Assembly: GCF_006345805.1 (NCBI RefSeq)
Contig: NC_042999.1
Span: 101,680,001 to 101,744,000 of the forward strand
Reading direction: 5' to 3'
Source: Octopus sinensis
Lineage: Eukaryota
Length of the DNA stretch: 64,000 nucleotides
Shown: positions 38,001 through 45,829 of the stretch, piece after piece
How the letters are laid out: each line of letters opens with the position of its first letter
How positions within the stretch are numbered: position 1 is the first letter of the stretch
The notes under the pieces: generated by a model
The model's database searches: none
Seen by the model: the letters and a program-made list of their open reading frames with translations, nothing else
What the model was told of the DNA's origin: nothing
Made by a program: the position numbers and the translations under genes

Positions 38001-41000
38001 TTATACTTGTTTCTCTTTAACATTTAAATTATTATCAAATGTAATGTTTATTTATTTACATTACTTTGAATTAATTATGCATTATCTCGTAGCTTTGAGG
38101 TTTTCATAATCGGATTGTTTATTTTTAACATGGCATTGTAGGGTTGGTGTGAGAGGCCAAATCTAGCCAGTTTGAACATAAAACAGGTAGAATATTTCGA
38201 TCTGATAAGTCTGGTTTAGCCCTTTAGTATTAAGATTACTCAGTTAAATGTAATGCTTATTTACATTGTTTATTTTTAGAATACCATTTTAGGGTAGGTA
38301 TGTGAGATAGGATCTGGTTGATTTGAACACAAAACAGAATATTTGGGGCTGGGTATAGTCAGTTTCAATAGTTAAATGCTAAAGTTTTAAGCCAGTTTTT
38401 GTGCATCAAGCTTATCAACAAATATTAAAAAATTTTGGTTCTAATTTCTCTCTGAATGAACATAGCTTTTGACCCATCTGCAATTAGCATTCGTCATTAT
38501 TTAACATCACTTTCAATGCTAGCATCTGAAATGAATGTATACTTAAGTAATCAGTATTCATGAAAGAGAGTGTTAGCTACAGTATTTATCAGTAAGCCCA
38601 TCACTTAAAAAAAATTAAAAATACATGATATATAACAGAAAACAGAACTGTATTTTTGTAATTGATAGGCATAGTTGAGTATGTGTGTAACAGTGTGTTT
38701 CAGTGAATATAGACTTCCAAATTCAGTGTATTTTGTAATGCATAATGATACTGATGTGTGTGTGGTGACCGGTAAACTCCACCACAGTATATTCTACCAT
38801 GGTAAATTTCTCCATAGGTGAAATATTATTATCAAATCATTATTTAGAAGGGTTCCACAATGCTTTGCACTCATCACTAACATCCACACATCCAAATTTG
38901 TGGAAACTATGCACTGCCCTTAAATCTGAGGAAGGATTAAGCCATACAAAAATTGCACATGTTCAACGAGGAGACTCAACAACAAAAAAAAAATGACCTA
39001 TCAAATTATTCATGCACAACTGAAATAGCTAGTTCAGGAATATCAAAATGAAAACCCTCTGCAATTTTAAGAAGTCTTGCATACAATTTGTCTTAAGAAA
39101 TTTTTTTTTAATAAATTAAACTTTCTTATCCTAACTCTACTTCACAATGTACTCACTATTATTTTCTATCCTATTGTTATAATAAAATGTGTGCTAAAAT
39201 TTGATCTTTTCTTTCTTTATCCCAAATTATATTATTTTTGAAATTCTGTGATGAGTCTTTTTCATAGATTCTTACTCAATGGGAGTACATTAAAGTGATC
39301 CATCTCAATTCAAGTAGATTATAAAGATTATGTTCTATCTCACCTTCAGACTCCCTCTCTCTCTTCTTAAAACTTCAGAGATAGACCGATTAAATAACAT
39401 TTATTGACCCACAGTCTAGAGAAACTGACCACGGTGATTATTAGCAGGTGGAATTTACCATGGTGGAATTTACCTATGGTAAAATTTACCACAGTGGAAT
39501 TTACCTAGAACCATATATATATAGGTTTAAGAGACAGAATCACCTTCAGGCAACTCAATCATCATTGAATGACATTATCCACAATATGTACATACAACCC
39601 ATGCTAGCATGGAAAGCGGGCACTAAATGATGATGATGATGATAAGGACTAAATATTAAAATTATCAAAATTAATACCTACAATTCTTATTCCAAATTAT
39701 CAAAATTAATACCTTCAATTCTTATTACAAATCATATACTTTACATTATCTAGACTACATGCATTTCATGACAACATATTCCTCAATATTGCTGAAATAG
39801 AATGTCTCTATACAATACCACATTAAAATGATTATATTGCCAATCTTCAGGTCTATCTTATATGAACTTATTTTGCTATTTACATCGTATATTAAGACAT
39901 GACAAACTAACATTATATAACTAAAAGTTGTTGAAATAATTTTACTTTAGTAAATAATGAACAGAAATGTGGAATAAAAGTAGGAAAAAGAAATGTTAAC
40001 TTATGTGTATGGTAATTTTCTCAAAAAAAGCCTGCAAAGATCATGGGCTCTTCTCCTATCTTCAAATGCAGCTTGTTATATATATACACACATATATATA
40101 TATATATATTCACTACAAAATAACAAAAATGTATTAAAAAATATAATGACAAAACCATAAAAATAGAAGTTTTATAGCTCATGTAAATGCTAGAAAGACT
40201 TCTAAATCATCCTGTACATTTTCTCATACAGTCTGTGTTATTTTAGTTACTGTAATTCAAATCTTCTTTAGATGTAAATTCTCAGATATTTTGGTGGAAA
40301 ACAAGCTGCTGTGTAAATGATTTAAATATTAATTTCATTTAACAATCACAATTTTCCAGCCCTGTTTCCTGAAAAGAAGACAAATGTTTATACATTTCAG
40401 CTTCATTACACAGCTTCACTCAGATTTATTTTTCTTTGTTCTTAATGTATTTATCTGAAACTATTTCAGAGAAATTGATAAAAGCAGTTGTATCTTTCCT
40501 ACAAAATACCAACCACTCAAGGCACCAGGTAACTTTTCTAATTTTATTTCTTCTGTTTCTCCCAATATACTAACTTGACAATTATATTTGTCTTTCAGTA
40601 AACTGAATTTGTGGCTGAATTGTAGCATTCATGCCCCTCACAATGGTATTAACTAATCTAGTGAAAAGACTCCAACATCACATTTCTTTTCCCAAAAAGA
40701 TTATTATTATTTGTGTTAGTTTACAGAAATCATCATCACCATCATTTAACATCCATATACCAAGCTGGTATAGGTAGGATGGCTTGACAGAGAACTGGCA
40801 AGCTACAAGGCTGTGTTGAGCTCCAATGAAATATGAACGAATATATCAAAGAAATGGTATGCATTGGGATTTCTGATACAGCCTTGTTATACTATCTACC
40901 CACCTCCATCCAGTTGATTTTTTTTTTTAATCTTGGAATGTGACAGTTAAGTGAACTACCAGGAGACTAATCTATTTGCAGAAGAACTATTCATTCATAT

Positions 41001-43144
41001 TTTATAATTTCATTAGTACAGTACAAGAACCTATTTCCCTCTCCTCCCCCAAAACATGACATCTTGGTGGCTCTCCTCAGAATTAAAATAACAATTAGTT
41101 TTAAAAGTTTACACAGTAGCAACTGTATATGCTAAGATCCCTGTCACACTTTCAAACTTTGAAATGAATTTAAAGAGCTGAACATCTTTAACCCTTTCGT
41201 TATTAGCCCAGCCAAAACCGGCTCTGGCTCTGTAGTACAAATATCTTGTTTTCATAAATTTTGAATTAAAATCTTTCACCAAACCTTAGTCACAATTTAT
41301 GTTCCTAACATTAGCTGAATGATAACTTAGTTATTTTACTAAACTCTTTGTTATATTTAAAAATGATTGAAAGAAACAGAGTATCTCAAAATAAATACAG
41401 TAATGAAAGGGTTAATCAACTTGTGTTTTCTTATGGCAATCAAAAAGCTCAAGCTTGTTATCAGAATCTCCCGGAATAGACTTAATTTTTTATGGTTAGC
41501 ATATCATCATTGATGATGATGATGATGATGATATACTGTCCATTGAAAATTATATATATAGATTACTGTTTAGTTGGATTGTCTAACAATTTCAAAATTA
41601 TTGGCAACAAATGGTAAAGTGCCTACTTTCTTTATAATATAAGATTCTAACATATGTACAATGCTACAAATTTGGAGGAAAGGGAAAAGTACTTCAGTAC
41701 TTAATTCATTTTATCAACCCTGAAAAGATGAAAAGTCAGAATTTGAGTTCACAATGTAAAAGACACAGCATTATTTAATGAGTAATATTTAATGAATAAA
41801 TCATTTAATATAATGAATAAATGTGTCTTATTGTTTATCTGTAACTTATTTCAGTCATTGAACTGCAGCTATCCTGGGGCCTTGAAGGGTTTTAGTCAAA
41901 CAAATAAATCCCAATACATTTTTTTTGTAAGTCTGGTACTTTTATCAATCTCTTTTACTGAGCTACTAAGTTACATGGACATAAACAAAAAGACAGAAAT
42001 ATATATCTATATATTTTTAATTATTTTTTTTAAAGCCAAAACTATGCTAGTTATAAAAATAATGTCAATGGTTTTACCAAGTATTTCATTATTTCAGGGT
42101 TAAGACCCCTTCTTCAGGAAATCTTTGGAGAAAAGGTGTTGTTAGATGGCTTCTCTCTCTTCCACTACATGAAATGTGTTAATACTAACTTATTGTAATA
42201 CTACTTAATGGTAGGAAGTAAAACAAAACCAAACAATATCAATTCAGTAACTACTTTATATTTTTCAGAAATCATCAACGTAATCCATGTTATTCCATCA
42301 GGGATATCAATTAAAAAGACCTTTCTTTTGGATCATGGCCGGTTACATATGGAATCTGTGAAACAGTCTTTTGGTTTGAATACTATTGAGCTTTACATTG
42401 GTGAGAAATATTTCCTCATCATATTTTGAGAATACAATAAAATAATAACACATCAATTTAATCTATTGTATTGTAATTATAATGTGGATATTGATTAACT
42501 TTTTTCCTATTTAACTCAGTTTATTGTAATTGTATTTTTACAAGTACAACAAAGATCTCCTGGGTTTTTAACTTGCATTTATTTTATCATTAACATCATG
42601 ATCCCTGTGTGTATCAAGGTTATGTTGGTTCAGTACTAGAACACTTATCTACTATTTCCCTTAGATGGGTTAATCACTACCACATTGAGCTAGAAATTTG
42701 TTACAAGTAGTATTCTATGAGAGACAGGTTGTTGTAGGGAAAGGAAAAGAAAGAGCCCTAAAGATTCTGGCAAATGTGCAGATTTGTCACTACCCAACCT
42801 GTAATTTTCATAGCAAAAGTGATCTAATTGGTGTAAATGTATTTTTGTTAAAGCTCTCTCATTAATACACATTATATCACCGGTTTTCTTTTCTTTTTTC
42901 AGATGGTGTTCCTGTTATTGTCAGTGCAAACATTGATGGCTATATTCCACTGAAATTCGAACCCAATTCTACACTGTTCATTAGTGGTGTCACATCTCCA
43001 GCTCAGGAGGATAGTGTATCAATATCATCATTAGCATCATCTGCTGTCTTACCTCAGAGCCCAATTAATGAAAGTAAACCTATTACAGACTTAACAGTTA
43101 CTGGGGCTCTGACTTCCATCAAAGGAAAAGCCACATCATGTTAG
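367..43144 (+). CDS. WDCP: WD repeat and coiled-coil containing protein (C2orf44 homologue), 13 coding exons visible, 5' part outside window
   Basis: Manually spliced chain 367-481, 921-993, 3428-3495, 8446-8558, 15445-15542, 16867-16989, 19018-19116, 21811-22000, 30186-30712, 37888-37934, 40470-40528, 42269-42400, 42903-43144. All introns are GT-AG and phase-consistent, with no internal stop. Peptides GCLWNP, GKISCGAWSEDGLKLVVCVGS, AEVPLESLC, GINTPDLLHF, RPKGVC, LLDHGRLHMESVKQSFGL and VSANIDGYIPLKF are colinear with human WDCP motifs recalled from memory (GCVWHP, GRIHCACWTQDGLRLVVAVGS, TELPLDKIC, GILVPDLIAF, RPKGIC, LLCDGKLRLSTVQQTFGL, LSADSEGFIPLTF). Confidence 0.88.
921..993 (+). CDS. WDCP: WDCP exon: (S)GKISCGAWSEDGLKLVVCVGSAIL
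   Basis: ttttaacag acceptor; TTG|gtaagt donor; WD40-like motif; phase 2 to 0. Confidence 0.9.
1706..2062 (+). mobile_element. SINE family A (tRNA head, CORE-like body, internal microsatellite)
   Basis: Colinear with the copies at 48671 and 53867 (ggctgt.tggt.aag head; cagcatggc.acagtc.aatgactgaaacaag tail). Confidence 0.8.
2935..3212 (+). mobile_element. SINE family A, 5'-truncated
   Basis: cttgggcaagtgccttcta...ggatttggtagacagaaactgaaagaagc...gccccagcatggccacagtc. Confidence 0.8.
3428..3495 (+). CDS. WDCP: WDCP exon: IYNWRSIDGVISEFDTNVWKIP
   Basis: ttttcag acceptor; GA|gtaagt donor; phase 0 to 2. Confidence 0.82.
5909..7401. mobile_element. Non-autonomous TIR DNA transposon with 8-bp TSD and GG termini (Merlin-like), containing a transposase N-terminal fragment
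   Basis: TIRs GGAGCTAGTTAAACTGATTCCCAAAATC / GATTTTGTGAATCAGTTTAACTAGATCC; flanks cctctttg (5901-5908) and tctctttg (7402-7409); internal ORF 6889-7095 with C..NNFCYICG...YFDCKVGDQDKSWA. Confidence 0.7.
7992..8283. mobile_element. 292-bp insertion with 11-bp TSD, containing an 88-bp-arm hairpin (7994-8170)
   Basis: agaaatatagc at 7981-7991 and 8284-8294; palindrome centred on 8082 with 4 mismatches. Confidence 0.75.
8446..8558 (+). CDS. WDCP: WDCP exon: (E)LKSTVTAITSMQENLFACAAEVPLESLCKTKDMFVVP
   Basis: ttctag acceptor; CAG|gtaagt donor; phase 2 to 1. Confidence 0.88.
8744..9123. mobile_element. MITE with ~110-bp imperfect TIRs
   Basis: 8744-8853 is an imperfect reverse complement of 9006-9123 (tgcaatgttatta...taaatacacc / ggtgtattta...taataacattgca). 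Confidence 0.75.
9277..9574 (-). mobile_element. Non-autonomous Helitron
   Basis: Minus strand starts TC(tttatatataaaag) and ends with a GC-rich subterminal hairpin plus CTAG; inserted between A and T; 3' end shared with 57287-57669. Confidence 0.8.
10615..10968 (+). mobile_element. SINE family A
   Basis: cttgggcaagtgtcttcta core, (TG)n middle, cagcatggctgcagtcc tail. Confidence 0.8.
11030..11300 (-). mobile_element. tRNA-derived SINE, third family (related copy on + at ~28680-28960)
   Basis: Shared block gctgagtggattggagcaacatgaaa...cttgctcaag and an A/B-box-like head. Confidence 0.6.
11785..12090 (-). mobile_element. SINE family A, antisense
   Basis: Reverse complement of the family A body and tail. 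Confidence 0.75.
12222..12561 (-). mobile_element. Helitron/DINE-like short element with an internal ~50-bp duplication
   Basis: Minus strand starts (A)TCTATATAATACTAAAAGT followed by (TGAT)n; ccgtggtccgatt.ac.caaaacttgtttta..ttgtattcatatttca occurs at ~12254 and ~12412. Confidence 0.5.
12685..13289 (-). mobile_element. 5'-truncated RTE LINE 3' UTR fragment with 44-bp TSD
   Basis: (CAT)n tail plus the reverse complement of the 35270-35827 region; flanked by direct repeats 12638-12681 and 13290-13333. Confidence 0.85.
13570..13804 (+). mobile_element. SINE family B with 19-bp TSD
   Basis: gagctggcagaa...gttctgagttcaaatt...gggtcgataaattaagtaccag; TSD ggaaacttagtgcattcca at 13551-13569 and 13805-13823. 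Confidence 0.88.
15445..15542 (+). CDS. WDCP: WDCP exon: (E)PNKVNSHSNDNEKQMLETTNLNKLMNLRKTSE
   Basis: Strong pyrimidine tract with tttcag acceptor; GAA|gtaaat donor; phase 1 to 0 bridges its neighbours; poorly conserved linker. Confidence 0.7.
15668..16116 (+). mobile_element. Two tandem SINE family B copies (~15668-15880 and ~15915-16116)
   Basis: Repeated head ggc..gagctggcagaa and body tttgcctttcatcctttcaggg; separated by a (TAT)n/(TAC)n tail. Confidence 0.8.
16867..16989 (+). CDS. WDCP: WDCP exon: CDVDNLSQLVVIRVKENMKDPEFLIRTSIKGINTPDLLHFQ
   Basis: tttgcag acceptor; CAG|gtttgt donor; phase 0 to 0; the 5' boundary is less certain (another AG at 16826). Confidence 0.78.
19018..19116 (+). 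CDS. WDCP: WDCP exon: TLKQVLIVGSNIQTSLQLFNFAKDFKLIKLANV
   Basis: poly-T then acag acceptor; GTG|gtaggt donor; phase 0 to 0. Confidence 0.82.
19859..20093. mobile_element. piggyBac-type MITE with TTAA TSD; same family at 46641-46984, 47197-47348, 47734-47937, ~25600-25753 and ~38015-38390
   Basis: TTAA-CTCTTTAGCATT ... AATGCTAAAGGG-TTAA termini and a shared internal sequence. Confidence 0.75.
21811..22000 (+). CDS. WDCP: WDCP exon: ELETHSRPKGVCSLPP...MLIMLGKRSE...KYELWLQCFSLDNAQ
   Basis: ttctttgtag acceptor; A|gtaagt donor; RPKGxC motif; phase 0 to 1. Confidence 0.9.
22039..22267. mobile_element. piggyBac-type MITE, second family (inverted relative at 41188-41415)
   Basis: TTAA-CCCTTT ... 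AAAGGG-TTAA termini. Confidence 0.75.
23034..24170 (+). mobile_element. Mariner transposon, internally deleted, pseudogenised transposase
   Basis: TA TSD at 23032-33 and 24171-72; ~30-bp TIR TTGGGTCATCCCATAAATAA.GCAGTTTTT; motifs WIPHKL, GDKKW, HQDNARQH and PPYSPDIAPSDYHLF; frameshift and stops. Confidence 0.95.
24178..24545 (-). mobile_element. SINE family A, antisense, abutting the mariner right TIR
   Basis: Reverse complement of the 48671-49045 type. Confidence 0.85.
24848..25238 (-). mobile_element. SINE family A, antisense, young (CpG-rich)
   Basis: Full head to tail; retains CpGs that other copies have lost. Confidence 0.88.
28978..29011. repeat. (AG)n microsatellite
   Basis: About 17 units seen directly. 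Confidence 0.95.
29882..30101. mobile_element. Tc1/mariner-type MITE
   Basis: Imperfect TIR atgaagtgtgctgaaaagttcctggcttt / aaagcaaggaacctttcagcaccccctcat. Confidence 0.65.
30186..30712 (+). CDS. WDCP: WDCP large Ser/Pro-rich exon (within ORF 30101-30772)
   Basis: tttcag acceptor; CAG|gtaagc donor; 527 nt open; phase 1 to 0. Confidence 0.85.
30875..31092 (+). mobile_element. SINE family B
   Basis: Family B head and body motifs. Confidence 0.8.
32062..35229 (+). CDS. RTE ORF: APE endonuclease + reverse transcriptase with embedded PHD finger (1055 aa, intact)
   Basis: APE motifs GTLNV, MQEIRW, AYAP, GDFNGH, SQIDY and PQHRLV; RT motifs KAPGPSG, NYRGIKLL, QFGF, FVDMEKAFD, GVHQGSVLSPLLF, LYADD and FRYLG; RTE-type C-terminus RLRWYGH...RGRPRKTW. 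Confidence 0.97.
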   Translation: MQVVLKATLLLHFLHMNSAKCELSFQVHEATVHRPRVSRAHAFHTLRVGTLNVGTLKGRSGEIVEMLERRCVDICCMQEIRWRGGSARFLTGKERRYKIFWAGNTDGVGGVGILIAEKWVDKVIEVIRVSDRILKIRLVLHHSLATIISAYAPQSGLPDGQKDRFYDTLLQTTSLTNDRDLISVAGDFNGHVGRHAGGFHGVHGGYGYGSRNKEGTRLLEFCDANNLMICNTNFRKPTSHLVTYQSGQHTSQIDYILTRQRERWLLINAKTFPGEECTPQHRLVVSDFRIRTRRTTRRRQIWRRRIWKLKDPANGQRFRDILLEASDEVEGDRASQGVEDSWTFLRDNLLRATDQICGWCKVPSRPRITWWWNNIVDRAIREKRQAWKVWKNGGSRELYQTAKREARRQVYLARGEADKKKFANVLRREDQRLEVFRVARQCVRENRDVVGEKCVRMEDGSLALNEDAKREVWRCHYERLLNEENEWDKESLPNVDPTEGPAIRVDSSVVAKAIRSMKTGKAPGPSGITAEMLKMSGSVGYSLVTHIVNQVIHKGVIPNDWCSSIIVNCYKGKGDALDTNNYRGIKLLDQVMKVTERVIAQLIREKVSLDEMQFGFVPGKSTTDAIFLVRQLQEKYLAKDKPLYLAFVDMEKAFDRVPRSLIWWAMRKLGIDEWLVRAVRAMYRDTASRVRVGNEYSEEFRVEVGVHQGSVLSPLLFILVLQAITEEFKTGCPWELLYADDLALFAESLSELEEKFQVWKQGLESKGLRVNLAKTKVVISRKVDKSQTPSGRWPCSICRKGVGRNSIRCTKCKLWTHKRCSNVKGRLTRKMVFVCGRCSGTINTENALRPTSVTFQGEKLEIVDSFRYLGDQVSSGGGCAESVTARVRIAWAKFRELLPLLVTKGLSHRVKGRLYDACVRTAMLHGSETWAVTAEDMRKLARNEASMLRWMCNAGTHTRQSVSTLREKLDLRSISCGVQERRLRWYGHVARMDEDSCVKKCHTLAVEGTCGRGRPRKTWDEVVKHDLRTLGLTEEMTRDRDLWKCAVREKTRQDK
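35302..35495 (+). repeat. 98-bp tandem duplication in the RTE 3' UTR
   Basis: 35302-35397 and 35400-35495 are near-identical. Confidence 0.92.
37888..37934 (+). CDS. WDCP: WDCP coiled-coil exon: NNQIAELEKKIEELK
   Basis: ttttacag acceptor; AG|gttata donor; heptad pattern; phase 0 to 2. Confidence 0.82.
38764..39512 (+). mobile_element. MULE (Mutator-like) deletion derivative with TIRs made of ~15-bp tandem units
   Basis: Left ggtaaactccaccac../ggtaaatttctccata units and right ggtggaatttacca units; internal peptide NHYLEGFHNALHSSLTSTHPNLWKLCTALKSEE resembles the C-terminus of MULE transposases. Confidence 0.75.
39659..39728. repeat. 35-bp tandem duplication
   Basis: aaattatcaaaattaatacct.caattcttatt.c occurs twice. 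Confidence 0.9.
40470..40528 (+). CDS. WDCP: WDCP exon: (R)EIDKSSCIFPTKYQPLKAP
   Basis: tttcag acceptor; CAG|gtaact donor; phase 2 to 1. Confidence 0.8.
41188..41415. mobile_element. piggyBac-type MITE
   Basis: TTAA-CCCTTTCGTTA ... TAATGAAAGGG-TTAA. Confidence 0.8.
42269..42400 (+). CDS. WDCP: WDCP exon: (E)IINVIHVIPSGISIKKTFLLDHGRLHMESVKQSFGLNTIELYI
   Basis: tttttcag acceptor; G|gtgaga donor; phase 1 to 1; conserved C-terminal domain. Confidence 0.9.
42903..43144 (+). CDS. WDCP: WDCP terminal coding exon: (D)GVPVIVSANIDGYIPLKFEPNSTLFISG...KGKATSC*
   Basis: Long pyrimidine tract with cag acceptor; in-frame TAG at 43142-43144. Confidence 0.9.
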
Positions 43145-43462
43145 CATTTCCAGTGAAAATCTCTCTCTTTTCTTGTATGTCTTCATCTTGTAATGACTTT
43201 GGGGGAGGCAGCCAGTTTGTACTATTCGGTAAAGAAGTTGCTGTGTTATTATTTGTTAGCTACAACTGCACAACCTTACAACTAACTGCACAGTTTGCTT
43301 AAAATACATTAACATCTATATAATTTCCCCTTCTCAAATACATTGCTATTATATATATATGAGAATGTGTATGTGTTTGTATATTTGAACAAATTGATGT
43401 ATTATGTATTGTTATGGATTTTTTTTTTGTTAATAATGAAAGCACAAAAAAGAAAAAGCTGT

Positions 43463-43472
43463 AATAAATAAA
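43463..43472 (+). terminator. Candidate polyadenylation signal(s) of WDCP
   Basis: Overlapping AATAAA hexamers about 320 nt after the stop codon, followed by a T-rich stretch. Confidence 0.5.
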
Positions 43473-44073
43473 TAACATAAAAACAAGCTGTTTTCTTCAT
43501 TTTGACCTGTTCCTATTTAGTGCCATACCAGTGCCATGTATTACTGCTTATACCATGAGATATGACATCATCCTCATCATTATTATCAACATTGTTTAAA
43601 CATCTATTTTTCCATGTTTGCATAAATCAAATGAAACTTGTTGAAACAGATTTTCTATAGATGGATGTTCTTCTTATCACCAATCCCCACCTGTATCTGT
43701 TTCCAAGAAAAGCATTATCCCTTGTTCTTCAAACAATGAACAACTCAATGGCTAAACATGTTTTAATAGAAGATTGCAAACAAACAATACCAATTGAGTG
43801 AATAAATGCTGAAGCAAAGGAAAGACACACACATGCATACCATACATGCATATATATATGTATGTATGTTTACACACATGATGAAAGTAAATAGGGGTTA
43901 AATAAGCCATGGTGAATACCCCTTTAAGCAGTCTCTGGAAATAGAACTTGTTCAGTTATAACAATCCATATATCATTATTTTTTTCTTGTGACAGGTATA
44001 ATTTGTAAATCCATGGTTGAACACCAATTAAACTGGGTATATTAATCACTGTATATTAGAAAAAAAGCAAAGG

Positions 44074-45829
44074 ATCCAGATGCATTATCATCAATTTATT
44101 TAGCTTACACATGTTTCAAACAGCATGGCACAACAGAAGTTCTGCACATTGCGGTATGCACATTTAATTAATCCTTCTATTGGTTGACTAAATTGTGAGA
44201 GAAACAGAGCATGTAGCTGCCATGCCATTCTTTTCAATGCTTCTGCTAAATTTTGTATATATTGGGATAATGTAGAAAGGGCAATAAATTCCAGACTGCT
44301 GTTTCCATTTTATTGTCCAGTGTCCATATCATGGGCAAGGGGCAGTCTCTTTTTCTTCATTTAATGACAGCTACTACTTGTATGTATTTTGTTAGACTTG
44401 TAATTTAATCTGGAATGTCATTAAGTGCAACTTAATTCACAGCAGAAGACAATGAATTTAATAGAACTATAAAAGAAAATCTAATAAAAATATGCTTTTC
44501 ACTGTTGAAGGAATTTATATTAGGTAAAAATTACATTTCATAAATTAATAAAAAAAGAATAAATTATACACATATACACTCACATACATATATGTACACA
44601 CACATGCATACACACTCTTACTCGTCATGATACAGACTTACATCAAATTTGTAAAATTTTTGAAGAAAAGAATATCAAAAATTTAATTAAAATGTAAAAC
44701 AATGTTGGGAAACAGGAAACATTAAAATATGATATAGTGCCTCAACTATTAATTTTAATATGTCAGTTTGTGGATGATTTAGTATATTATTATATATGTT
44801 AATCCCTATTATGAAGTATATGCTACAGGGATTAACGAGAATTGCTGAAGCATGGAACAAACTGCCGGCATCAGTTGTTAGTTGTCTGAGCACTGCATCC
44901 TTCAAAACTTCCATGCTTTCTGAGATTCGCCAACACTACACCTGATTTTCTCCCCTCCATACACACACAGGCATGTATCTGACTCATACATTGTTTGCTT
45001 TCCAGACATTTTTACATTACTGCATGTACTTTATATGCACTTTCTGACAAGTTGTGGTACACCTGAGCACTGTATACAATAATTTCATTATTATTTTTTA
45101 TTTTATAAAATATACTAAATTATCTGCAAACTGACATATTAAAATTAATTGCTTTGTCAATATTTTAATGTTTCCTCTTCCCCACTCTGTTTTAATCTTT
45201 AATTAAGTTTTTAATATTCCTTGCTTTAAAACTTTAGAAATTCAATTGTAAGTTTTTATTATGATTAGTAAGAGTGTGTATGTATATATATATATAGAGA
45301 GAGAGAGAGAGATGCATTAGTGTGTGTATGCATTTATACAGTACGTGTGTGTATGTATGACATTTTATTTTTATGTTATATAATTTTACTTAATATAGAT
45401 TACTCCATCAACCAAATGCATATTTTTCTTAGTAGATACTGATTTTCTTTTATAGTTCTAGCAAATTCTTTTTGTCATTAAGATGCACTTAAGAGAGACT
45501 AAATTACAATTTTTTTCTTGACAAGATACATCTATTAGCTGCCATTAAATTAAAAGAAAGATACCACCCTTTGCCTGACATGGACACTGAATAATAAAAT
45601 GGAGACAGTGGTCTGGAATTTATTGTTTGTAAACTCCTTCCTCATTATTTCAATGTATACAAAATTTAGAAGAAGCATTCTTTGTAAAGAATAGCATGGC
45701 AACTTCATGCTCTGTATCTCTGGCAATTTAGTCGATCAAATGAAGGGTTGATTAAATGTGCAATGCCTGCATTGTGCCATGTTACTTGAAACGTGTAAGC
45801 TAAATAAATTGTTGATAATGCATCTTGAT
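44074..45829. repeat. Large diverged fold-back (arms ~44074-44807 and 44827-45829, right arm interrupted by a LINE tail)
   Basis: Colinear reverse-complement blocks along ~720 bp. Confidence 0.85.
44837..45095 (+). mobile_element. 3' end of a CR1/L2-like LINE (second copy at ~51150-51365)
   Basis: RIAEAWNKLPASVV..STASFK C-terminal motif, then shared 3' UTR ...cacctgagcactgtatacaataatttc(att)n. Confidence 0.7.
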
